Assembly (NCBI GenBank): GCA_964426185.1
Contig: CAYRPF010000019.1
Coordinates: 4,397-32,421, forward strand
Direction: 5' to 3'
DNA: 28,025 nt
Origin: an uncultured archaeon
Lineage (GTDB): Archaea; Asgardarchaeota; Lokiarchaeia; Sigyniarchaeales; Promethearchaeaceae
A model generated the notes under the pieces. That model worked only from the letters and a program-made list of their open reading frames with translations, was not told the origin of the DNA and did not search any database. Below are positions 17,220 through 25,818 of the stretch, piece after piece. Position 1 is the stretch's first letter; each line of letters opens with the position of its first letter. The position numbers were made by a program, and so were the translations under genes.

Positions 17220-18470
17220 ATGAAAGTTCGAGCGATCACATTAGGTTATGATATTTATCAAGATTCCACGGAAATGATGGGTTTAAAAAACAAACTCACA
17301 GAAATTCAAGATCTTAAAGCGAATTTAGAGCAGTTCTATGAAGTTGAATATATTCGATTGGCATCTCCCCCTTTTACAAATAAAATGCCTTTGGCTGAAA
17401 TCAGTGAATGCATTAATTCAGAAATCCCAGAAATCCTTGAGACTTTTGTGGCCGAAAAATTATTAGGAATATATTCTTTTGCTCCTGGATTACTTGATTT
17501 TCCCAATCCATTGGATAATACCCATGATTTTATAGTTTCTAAGGTTTCACAGCTTATTACAAGTCACCCTAACCTGTTTTCCAGCATCCAATTAGGTTCA
17601 AATGCGAATGGAATTAACTTTCAAAGCATAGGGGCTGCTGCAGAAATTATCCAAAATTTATCCCACCCAGATCCGTTTAGAAATGTGCAGTTTGCCGCTA
17701 CTTTCAATGTTCCTCCCAATACTCCATTCTTTCCCTCTGCGTACCATGAAGGATCCCAACCGAAAATTTCCATCGCCTTAGAGGCCGCGGATGAATTGGT
17801 TGATCTTTTCTTAGTGAAAAATGTAAATACAACTTCTTTAATGAAATTAAGACAAGAGATCCAATCCCTTTTTCGTAAAATTTATGATCAAATAACCGAG
17901 GTGGTTATATCATTTTGTGATAAGCATCATATAGAGTTCTCAGGAATTGATTTTAGCCCTGCTCCATATCCAACTATCGAAAAATCAATTGGAAATGCGT
18001 TGGAACAATTGATGATTGCTGAATTTGGGTCTGTTGGCTCCGTCTTCAGCATAGGGTTTATTACTGAAGCATTACAATCTGTAAATCGGCCAAAGATCGG
18101 TTTTTCTGGATTTATGCAACCACTTTTAGAGGATGCAGTGATTGCTCAGAGAAATAATGAAGAAAAACTAGATATTTCGAAATTAATGCTATATTCTACC
18201 ATGTGCGGATTGGGTTTAGATTGTATTCCTATTCCAGGAAACCTTCCTGCTGATGCAATTAAATCTCTTCTATTGGATCTTGGAATGATGTCGATACGAT
18301 TGAAAAAACCGTTAACAGCTCGACTAATGCCAATATCGGGAAAAAAAAGTGGAGAAAAAACTAATTTTTCGTTTGAGTACTTTACTGATAGCAACATTTG
18401 CTCTGTAGATTACTTTCCTCGAACAACATGGAAAGATTTCACACGCCATAATTCTCATTTCAATTTCTGA
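17220..18470 (+). CDS. DUF711 (UPF0210) family protein
   Basis: Motifs MKVRAITLG, NTPFFPSAYH, GIDFSPAP, IGFSGFMQPLLED, CGLGLDCIPIPG and KPLTARLMPI. Confidence 0.82.
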   Translation: MKVRAITLGYDIYQDSTEMMGLKNKLTEIQDLKANLEQFYEVEYIRLASPPFTNKMPLAEISECINSEIPEILETFVAEKLLGIYSFAPGLLDFPNPLDNTHDFIVSKVSQLITSHPNLFSSIQLGSNANGINFQSIGAAAEIIQNLSHPDPFRNVQFAATFNVPPNTPFFPSAYHEGSQPKISIALEAADELVDLFLVKNVNTTSLMKLRQEIQSLFRKIYDQITEVVISFCDKHHIEFSGIDFSPAPYPTIEKSIGNALEQLMIAEFGSVGSVFSIGFITEALQSVNRPKIGFSGFMQPLLEDAVIAQRNNEEKLDISKLMLYSTMCGLGLDCIPIPGNLPADAIKSLLLDLGMMSIRLKKPLTARLMPISGKKSGEKTNFSFEYFTDSNICSVDYFPRTTWKDFTRHNSHFNF

Positions 18471-18532
18471 AAAATACCATATTTGATCTTGCAAAATAAA
18501 AAAAGAAAATGAAGTAAAAATCTCCCGTTACG

Positions 18533-19924
18533 TTATTTGGTGGGCGCAGTTATATGACAATCTGCCACTTTAATGGTAGGAATAAATGTAGGAGTGCGAA
18601 CTTCCCACCACTGAACTTGCTGGACATCTCGTCCGATTTGAATAATATTTTTCATCATCCGTAATAAATTATCAGAAAGACGAACATTGCGAATGGGATA
18701 TTGAATTTCTCCATTTTCCACATAAAATAACCCATCTCTTGGTATTGTGGAAAAAGTTCCTTCCATCATGTTAGTGAATCGTGTATACCAATTTGAAGTA
18801 ATATAAATGGTGGGTTTTTTACTTTCTGCTATAATTTCTTCATGGCTGAAGTCTCCTGGCTGATATTCAATATTACTGGTAAATGGAGCTAAAATTTGGG
18901 ATCCCCCTCCGAAATCTACAAAATTTGAATTCCCGGTGGATTTTCCGCCCGTTTGAATGGCGGAGGAAGTATTGTGGACGAAATTGATTAACTTGCCATT
19001 TTCAACCAAGGGTGTTACTTGACTGGGAGTTCCTTCTACATCGAATGGCCTAGCGTTTAACCCTTCTCCCAGTAATGGGTTATCTCGAATGGTGAGTGAT
19101 TCAGGACCCAACTGTGCACCCAATTTATCTTGTAGAGGGCTCATACCCAGCATGGTTAATAGGGGATTGGCAGCATCTGTAATTTCTCCGAAGATATTTC
19201 CACCTACTGTGGGTGATAGAATCACATCATATATTCCCGCGATGCCAGTTTTTGGATTTACTGCCATAGAAGCAATTTTTCCTGCATTTCGCCCCACATT
19301 TTTCATTTTAGTGCTGAAATCATCCAGATTACGACCGCACAATAGATCTTGTCCACTACTTTCAGAACCAACAAATGCTCTGAGAGTGGCGCGATAATAA
19401 CTGGCTGCATATTCACCAGAAAAACCATGACTGGTTCTTAAAGAGGTAATTTGGCTACCAAAATATAAAACCCCTGAAACTTTCTTAGCACCTTCGGCTA
19501 AAGCAGCATCAATTGCATGATAAACATTTTCTGAGCCATTTTCTACCAGATCTTTGGTTCTAGAGTCAAAAAGGCTTGAAATGCTTGGAGGTGTTTGAAT
19601 GGATTGCTCCATACCAGCATATAATTGGTTGGGAGGAGAATTTTTCATGAAAACAGAAGCTTCTTTCAGCTTCTTTTCAATTATTGTCGGTGTAGGAATA
19701 TCAATTTGAAGCGTAGTAGTTCTTTGATCTTTTACCAAGAAAACTTCAAGTTTGTCAATTTCCCATTCTTTCATAATATCTTGCTCGGAGTTAGAAAAAC
19801 GTATCTGCCAATCATAACCACTATGATATTGGGCAATAAACTCATCCATTCCGCTTTTTTGGATTAACTCTGCTGCAGTATTTAACAATACTTCTGGTTC
19901 TTCTTTACTAAAATTGTTTTGCAT
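18533..19924 (-). CDS. tldE: TldE/PmbA family protein (non-catalytic partner)
   Basis: IRFSNSE, RPFDVEGTP, LVENGKL, STGN, GTFS..PRDG.FYVENGEI..PIRNVR and P.IKV, with no HExxxH. SD GAGGTG lies 6 nt before ATG 19924, and the ORF-track GTG at 19933 falls within that SD. Confidence 0.88.
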   Translation of the reverse strand: MQNNFSKEEPEVLLNTAAELIQKSGMDEFIAQYHSGYDWQIRFSNSEQDIMKEWEIDKLEVFLVKDQRTTTLQIDIPTPTIIEKKLKEASVFMKNSPPNQLYAGMEQSIQTPPSISSLFDSRTKDLVENGSENVYHAIDAALAEGAKKVSGVLYFGSQITSLRTSHGFSGEYAASYYRATLRAFVGSESSGQDLLCGRNLDDFSTKMKNVGRNAGKIASMAVNPKTGIAGIYDVILSPTVGGNIFGEITDAANPLLTMLGMSPLQDKLGAQLGPESLTIRDNPLLGEGLNARPFDVEGTPSQVTPLVENGKLINFVHNTSSAIQTGGKSTGNSNFVDFGGGSQILAPFTSNIEYQPGDFSHEEIIAESKKPTIYITSNWYTRFTNMMEGTFSTIPRDGLFYVENGEIQYPIRNVRLSDNLLRMMKNIIQIGRDVQQVQWWEVRTPTFIPTIKVADCHITAPTK

Positions 19925-19936
19925 ATTATTCACCTC

Positions 19937-21400
19937 TTATTCTCCTAATTGAATCCCCCGCATTCTTACTTCTCCGCCGCCCATCCAAACGGGAACTCCT
20001 TGACCGGGATCGCCCTTTCCACAAGTGCCGTGAGAACTACCAAAACTCTTAGTTACTCCATCAACAGAACCCAAAATTCCTCTGGTGGTTAGTTCCAATA
20101 TGGGCCTTCTGATCATCTTTTCGGTAATTTCACCCTTTTCTATCAAATAGCACTCCAAACCAACGTACTTCGATTGATAACGCCTATCGTCAATATTCCA
20201 CTCGGAGAAACTCTTCATATACATACCGTGATTGATATCTTCCGCCAATTCTTCCAAAGTATAAGAACCGGGCTTGAAGTATGTATTTGCCATTCGCACT
20301 ATAGGCTCCCTATCGTAGGTTTCTGCTCTAGCTGCACCATTAGAGGAAACCCCGAACCGATGGGCAAATTCCCGATTCAGTAAAAGTTCATTTAACATTC
20401 CATCCTTGATTAAAGCACGAGGACGGGCTTTCACACATTCATCATCGTAAAGATAAAAACCTGAACTTCCTGGAAGAGTAGGATCTTCTATGATGGTAAC
20501 TTCAGGGTTTCCCAATTGGATTGACCCAAGTTCACCATCTTTTAGGAGATCAACATAAAATGATTCGCCCGCTTGTGCGCCTTCTCTTCCCAAAATACGA
20601 TCTGCTTCACTGGGGTGTCCCACATTTTCATGAGCCATGATACCAGCAACTTCACTGCTGACGATAACATCGATTTTTCCCAATTTCATTGATTGCGCAT
20701 GTTTAGCAGTTTTCACTAAGCCTAAAGTATCATCGCGGACTTGCTGAAGAATATTTTGATTTTTAAACCATTCCCACCCTCCAGTTCCTCCGATTCCAAA
20801 AAATCGTTGCTCAGAGCCGGAATCTCCCACTGCAGTATTAAAAGTATGAAGGACGGGCTGCATCTTTTCAGAAAAGATTTTGGAACCCTCATTTGTGGCA
20901 ATGTACTTTAATTCATTGGCTAAACTCACCATTATTGTTCGATTAGGTAAAGATTTTCCGAATTCTTGATGCAAGGTTTGATCCATAGTTGCGAAATATT
21001 GTTGCTTTTCTTCAACTGGAACTTCAGCAAATGCAATTTGATAAGGAGTTTTCCATTCATCTTCAACTACTGGTTCTTGAGAAAATTGAATGGGTTTTTT
21101 CCGCTTAGCCGCCAACACCATTGATTTAGCCCTCCTAACCAATTCACTGAGTGAATCACGATTCAATTTAGCGGTGGTTAGAAATACTAGATTTCCGTTG
21201 TGCAATACCCTCAAACCAATACCATCTGTTCGGGTAACTCCACCACCTAAGAGCGCACCATTGCGAAACGTGTACCCTTCACTAGTTAAATGAATATAAC
21301 GCGCTTCAACATAATCTAAATGAAGGTTTTGACCTTCAGTGATTACAAAATCAACTAAAGGCTTATTTTTAGTAAATATTTCACTATCTTCGATTGACAT
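19937..21400 (-). CDS. tldD: TldD family metalloprotease
   Basis: Metal motif HENVGHPSEADR, YDDECV, SNGAARA..Y.REPIVRMANTY and C-terminal CGKG.PGQGVPV. Confidence 0.92.
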   Translation of the reverse strand: MSIEDSEIFTKNKPLVDFVITEGQNLHLDYVEARYIHLTSEGYTFRNGALLGGGVTRTDGIGLRVLHNGNLVFLTTAKLNRDSLSELVRRAKSMVLAAKRKKPIQFSQEPVVEDEWKTPYQIAFAEVPVEEKQQYFATMDQTLHQEFGKSLPNRTIMVSLANELKYIATNEGSKIFSEKMQPVLHTFNTAVGDSGSEQRFFGIGGTGGWEWFKNQNILQQVRDDTLGLVKTAKHAQSMKLGKIDVIVSSEVAGIMAHENVGHPSEADRILGREGAQAGESFYVDLLKDGELGSIQLGNPEVTIIEDPTLPGSSGFYLYDDECVKARPRALIKDGMLNELLLNREFAHRFGVSSNGAARAETYDREPIVRMANTYFKPGSYTLEELAEDINHGMYMKSFSEWNIDDRRYQSKYVGLECYLIEKGEITEKMIRRPILELTTRGILGSVDGVTKSFGSSHGTCGKGDPGQGVPVWMGGGEVRMRGIQLGE

Positions 21401-21532
21401 TTTTTTTTCACAGATACAATATTCAATACTCTATTACGTTCTTGTTAGAAGCAATTGTTATAAATTAAGATGATTGTGGATATTCAGCAAAAGATGGAAA
21501 ATGGAATAGAAATTAAAAATCAAAGCGATATG

Positions 21533-23833
21533 TTAGAAATGATCAGAAAAAATCATACCTTTGCGGAACTTTATAGATTGAATTAAATCATTCAGTTCAT
21601 GGGAGGGAACAGGGGCAAATTCATCAAATAAATTCTGCCAAAAAACGCGACCAGATGTAGCTCCTCGGATTTCTTGGGCAAATTCAATGGAATAACGGAC
21701 AGACATTTTAGCCGTGATGTGAGTTCGATACACATCTTGAGTAATTTCCAAGATCTTTCCATGAAATTGAGAGAGCAAAGAGCTGACCGTGCCTATATAC
21801 TCCTCTGGAGTGGTAATTAGGAGTTTATATATCGGCTCGAGTAAAACTGGCTTGGCTAGGATCAGAGCTTGTTGGAAAGCTTGTTGAACCATGGTAGATA
21901 ATTCAAAATAATTGGCTTTTTCTTCATCGCCTGCAACTGATAAATTGGATATGGTAATTTTAAGCTCGGATAATGGTTCACTGGCTAAAGGCCCTCTCGC
22001 ACATATACCTTGAATGATTTGAATGAAAGATTTTCGAATCTCTTCAGAAATACCCAATATTTCTTCTTCTTTACTTGATTTTCGCCTACTTTTTCTTGAT
22101 TTTTTAGATTTTCGAGAATGTTTTTGCGAATCCGATTTGTCTTCTGGGTTATAATTTTCTTCATTTGAATTTTTTGGTAGAATAATTAGCACATTTTGGA
22201 ATTTATCCACGTTCCATATTCCTTTGGCTTCTTCAGTAGTAAATTGAGTATTATTTGGTAGTTCTTTAACGCGAAGATATTCATATTCCAATACAGAACG
22301 TTTAACTTTACGGATATATTCGATAGTTTCTTTTTCCAATCGTTGAATTTGCAGAGTTAAATGGTTGTATTGGTTTGGGCTTGAAACAGATATTAAATCG
22401 CTTGGTTTTGATATTGATTCATGAAATACACTAGACGGTTTTGAAACAGAAACATCCACACCGCGTTCTTTTATGGTATTAACTACAATTTCCAAATGAA
22501 GAGGGCCCATACCAGATAAAAGAACTTCGCCCGAATCTTCACTAATCTGAACAGAGATATTCGGATCTTCCACTGCAATTTCATCCAAAATTTCTTGAAG
22601 TTTATTCAAATTTTTCAACATATCCGGCTCGATCGCAACAGTTACAACCGGTTCGCTAACATAGTGGACAGATTCGAAGGGTTCTGCATCATCTTTAGCT
22701 GAATTGTCAAATAAAGTCTCTCCACTCGCCAATTTATGTATTCCACCAATAGCTACGATATTTCCTGCGAGGATTTCTGTTACGCTTTCAATCCTAGCTC
22801 CCATGAAAATGCTTAATTGATTAAGATTGGATTTAGTTTCGGCATTTACCAACCAAAATGGCTGTCCCCTGCGTATCACTCCCGAAAACACCCGTCCAGT
22901 TCCTATTAACCGATTTTTCATCTTTTGGACTTTACTTACAAAAACAACAGCAGGACCATTAGGATCACAAGATTTCAGAAATGAACCGACCTCACTCTCC
23001 ACATTTCCACTCCAAATTGTGGGAATGCGATATGATTGGGCCTTTTTTGGATTAGGTAGGAATGTGACGATTGCTGCAAGAACACATTCCCAAACTGGAA
23101 AATCATGAACTAGTGATTGGTGGGAAGATTCATGGTATTTTGAATAAAAATATTCGAGGGTGCGGTTTTGTTTGATTAATTGAGGGATAACAAATCCCCA
23201 TCTATGCAAAGCGGAGCCAAAAATTACAGAACCTTTTTCAGCGGAGACTATCCATTCAGTTTGAGCCCGGTTATCTCCATATATTGTAATTAATTTGTTA
23301 AAATCTTGAATAATTCGGGAGAATTTTGCCTTGATATCCGGCATATCAAGTTTTAATTCATTAAAAAGGCGATCAATCTTGTTTATGAACAAAATAGGGC
23401 GAACTGCTTCTTCCAAAGCTTGCCTGACTACGGTTTCGGTTTGAGAACTAACTTCTTCCACACTATCCACAATCACTACTACGCCATCAGCCAATCTTAA
23501 TGCACGAGTAACCTTTCCTGAGAAATCTAAATGCCCTGGAGTATCCACCAAGTTTATCAAGAACGGTTGGGAACCCTTTAAACTGTGTTCGTAATATAAT
23601 GAAATGTTGGCAGATTTCATGGTTATCCCCCGTCGCTGCTCTTCTTCTAAATAATCCAACACTCGCGCTTCTCCAGCAATAACTTCAGAAAGCAATCCCG
23701 CTTCTGCAAGTAAACTATCGGAAAGTGTGGTTTTTCCATGATCAATGTGTCCAATTAACCCTACATTGCGAATATTCTCTGGATCTTGCATAATACGAAT
23801 GATATCTTCAGTCATTTTCACACGACGGGACAT
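21533..23833 (-). CDS. Translation elongation factor 2 paralog (aEF-2p-like) lacking the diphthamide HRG loop
   Basis: G-domain motifs GHIDHGKTT, RGITM, DTPGHLDF and NKID, plus GMGPLHLE and LLEPIY. The HEDxxHRG position reads VAGDEEKANY. The gene is not in a ribosomal-protein operon. SD AGGTGGAG precedes ATG 23833. Confidence 0.88.
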   Translation of the reverse strand: MSRRVKMTEDIIRIMQDPENIRNVGLIGHIDHGKTTLSDSLLAEAGLLSEVIAGEARVLDYLEEEQRRGITMKSANISLYYEHSLKGSQPFLINLVDTPGHLDFSGKVTRALRLADGVVVIVDSVEEVSSQTETVVRQALEEAVRPILFINKIDRLFNELKLDMPDIKAKFSRIIQDFNKLITIYGDNRAQTEWIVSAEKGSVIFGSALHRWGFVIPQLIKQNRTLEYFYSKYHESSHQSLVHDFPVWECVLAAIVTFLPNPKKAQSYRIPTIWSGNVESEVGSFLKSCDPNGPAVVFVSKVQKMKNRLIGTGRVFSGVIRRGQPFWLVNAETKSNLNQLSIFMGARIESVTEILAGNIVAIGGIHKLASGETLFDNSAKDDAEPFESVHYVSEPVVTVAIEPDMLKNLNKLQEILDEIAVEDPNISVQISEDSGEVLLSGMGPLHLEIVVNTIKERGVDVSVSKPSSVFHESISKPSDLISVSSPNQYNHLTLQIQRLEKETIEYIRKVKRSVLEYEYLRVKELPNNTQFTTEEAKGIWNVDKFQNVLIILPKNSNEENYNPEDKSDSQKHSRKSKKSRKSRRKSSKEEEILGISEEIRKSFIQIIQGICARGPLASEPLSELKITISNLSVAGDEEKANYFELSTMVQQAFQQALILAKPVLLEPIYKLLITTPEEYIGTVSSLLSQFHGKILEITQDVYRTHITAKMSVRYSIEFAQEIRGATSGRVFWQNLFDEFAPVPSHELNDLIQSIKFRKGMIFSDHF

Positions 23834-23846
23834 AATCTCCACCTAA

Positions 23847-23993
23847 AGGAAATACTCAGAAGAATGGGGATCCACACTCAAGATCTTCTTCATTATTACC
23901 CTTCTCCTTATCTCTTTCAAGAAGAGAAAGAAGATGGAAAATTCGGCAGGGTCAGATATATCATTTCCACAAAGAACTTCTTGAGTATTTCCT
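23847..23993 (-). ncRNA. Candidate structured RNA element (5' leader of the EF-2 paralog, or a small ncRNA/MITE)
   Basis: A perfect 12-bp terminal inverted repeat AGGAAATACTCA (23847-23858) / TGAGTATTTCCT (23982-23993) encloses three internal hairpins and ends immediately before the SD. Confidence 0.55.
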
Positions 23994-24036
23994 AATGAAA
24001 AATCAAGGCTTCCCTCAAAAAAAGCTTAATTAATTA

Positions 24037-25686
24037 TCACACTACTTTTCGCTCAGTTACCCTTCGAATTCCAAACTGATCCAATATCACTCTAATTTTC
24101 TTGTAATACAGCGGGGATAAAGGATTTTTAGAAGATATTTCCCTTAATCGGAAAATAACGTTTAAATGATAAACTTTTATGCATTTAACCTTTTTAATTT
24201 GCTTTGATTTTGGATCCCAATTAATTTCTGTGGTTTCCGGATCATCAGCATATTGAAGAAATCGTTTGATATTAAACCGGATAATATCATTCACGTCTCT
24301 ATTTCGTTCGTGAAATTCCGTAATTTTATCTGTTTTCAATTCCACCAGTTTGACATATTTATAAACAACTTCGGGCTTGCCACCGCGTTCAATTGAAATC
24401 TTTGATCCCCTCTCTCGAATATTGATAATATCTTGTGGAATTTGTGAAAAATGGAGAAATCGAACACTTTCTTTGCTGATTCCGATTTTTCGCTCATGGA
24501 TGGTATCAAAAATCAAGAATTTGCGGTCGGGAAAGAATTTGTTCATGAATTTGTGAGAACCTTGACGAATCCATTCTTTAAATCGGTCTTTAAGCATGTA
24601 AACTACTATAAGCAATGTTATATATGCATATGTATTTGATGCAAAATTATCTACGACCCAAAAACCCAGTAGAATGGAAATAAACATAGCAAAACCAGCT
24701 GCGAGGGAATAAAGAAGCTGTAAAGTCTTAGATTTTTCTTTGCTGGGTTTAGTACTTAAATAAAGAACGCTTTGAACGTATTTTTTGAGAATTCCATCCC
24801 AATAAGGAATATTTTCATTGGATGAGTGAGATTTTGTTTGAAATTTTAAATTAAGTGGATTAAATTTGGCAGATTCGTAATCTAAAATTTTAATTAATTT
24901 CTTTTTTAGAGTCTGAATTGTATTATTTGAAGTTAAAGAAATATCTGAAGTATACAAAGTATCCGAATTTTCTTGATTAAATAATCGGAGATAAATTTTA
25001 CCACAGTGGTCTATAATTTGGCGATTGATATATTTATCTACAAATGTAAATGTTTCTTGTATTTCTAGTGGAATCTGGGCAATTTGAAGGTCCACCTCAA
25101 GTTTTTTAAAGCGATTTTGAATTTCTAGCAATTCATCAAAAAATTCTAATTCACCTTCATCCACGGGATTAAATTCGTTAAAAATATGCGGATTAGAGTT
25201 AGCATTAACAATTTCTCTGTTTTTTAGAAACAAATCAGCCTGATCTCTAAGGGTGGATTTTAGAATACATCCCAATACCCGAAGTTCATAATTGATTCGG
25301 TTAAAATGCTCCAAAGAAGTATCCCCATTCTTAATTTTCTCCAATTTCTGATATATAATAGCAAATGGCGATTTTGGGTTATTTCGATTTAAAAGTCCAG
25401 ATAAAGCCATCTGTGGGGTTTTAAACCGGATATAATTAGTCAGATCAGTATAAAAGTCTTCGGAGTGGTAAGTGGCTTGATTAACTTGCAAGGCACTGGG
25501 AATAAAAAAATAAACTTCCAATTCGTATTTATTTATGGGAAAATCTTCTACCAGAGTATAATCTAATTTGACTTCAAAATTATAGCGATCATGCTGTTCT
25601 ATAGTGGAGTCTTGCAGTTCAATAGGTAAACTTGAGTCATCTGGATTTGCTCCAAAAAAAAATCCACGTTTTCTGGCGGGAGACAT
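24037..25686 (-). CDS. Conserved-looking hypothetical membrane protein (large soluble N-domain, two TM helices, soluble C-domain)
   Basis: Long clean ORF with a hydrophobic hairpin LLYSLAAGFAMFISILLGFWV...YAYITLLIVVYML followed by KDRFKEWIR. A TATA-like TTTAATA lies about 30 nt upstream. Confidence 0.75.
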   Translation of the reverse strand: MSPARKRGFFFGANPDDSSLPIELQDSTIEQHDRYNFEVKLDYTLVEDFPINKYELEVYFFIPSALQVNQATYHSEDFYTDLTNYIRFKTPQMALSGLLNRNNPKSPFAIIYQKLEKIKNGDTSLEHFNRINYELRVLGCILKSTLRDQADLFLKNREIVNANSNPHIFNEFNPVDEGELEFFDELLEIQNRFKKLEVDLQIAQIPLEIQETFTFVDKYINRQIIDHCGKIYLRLFNQENSDTLYTSDISLTSNNTIQTLKKKLIKILDYESAKFNPLNLKFQTKSHSSNENIPYWDGILKKYVQSVLYLSTKPSKEKSKTLQLLYSLAAGFAMFISILLGFWVVDNFASNTYAYITLLIVVYMLKDRFKEWIRQGSHKFMNKFFPDRKFLIFDTIHERKIGISKESVRFLHFSQIPQDIINIRERGSKISIERGGKPEVVYKYVKLVELKTDKITEFHERNRDVNDIIRFNIKRFLQYADDPETTEINWDPKSKQIKKVKCIKVYHLNVIFRLREISSKNPLSPLYYKKIRVILDQFGIRRVTERKVV

Positions 25687-25818
25687 CGTGTATATGAATA
25701 TTTGAGAAATTAACTTATTAAAATTTACACATTTACCGAAAAGTTGAGTTCTTATAATTAACCATATAAAATTTGCACGATTATAGAAAAGGTGAGTTAA
25801 AAAAAATACTGTGAATAG

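Noticed and set aside
18533-21400. TldD/E as part of a RiPP (microcin-like) cluster
   Set aside because: No precursor peptide, YcaO or radical SAM gene lies nearby, and TldD/E pairs are common housekeeping genes in archaea.
23856-23964. Canonical box C/D guide sRNA
   Set aside because: The box-like motifs are spaced about 3 and 27 nt apart instead of about 12, and the putative guide region is self-paired.
23786-23995. 69-aa plus-strand ORF across the EF-2 paralog leader
   Set aside because: It overlaps the EF-2p start antisense and has no motif. The region is better explained by RNA secondary structure.
23847-24039. SECIS element recoding the TGA that ends the 549-aa gene (GTG TGA TAA)
   Set aside because: AUGA...GA cores exist, but there is no 11-12 bp helix II or apical AA, and a terminal Sec after KVV has no redox context.
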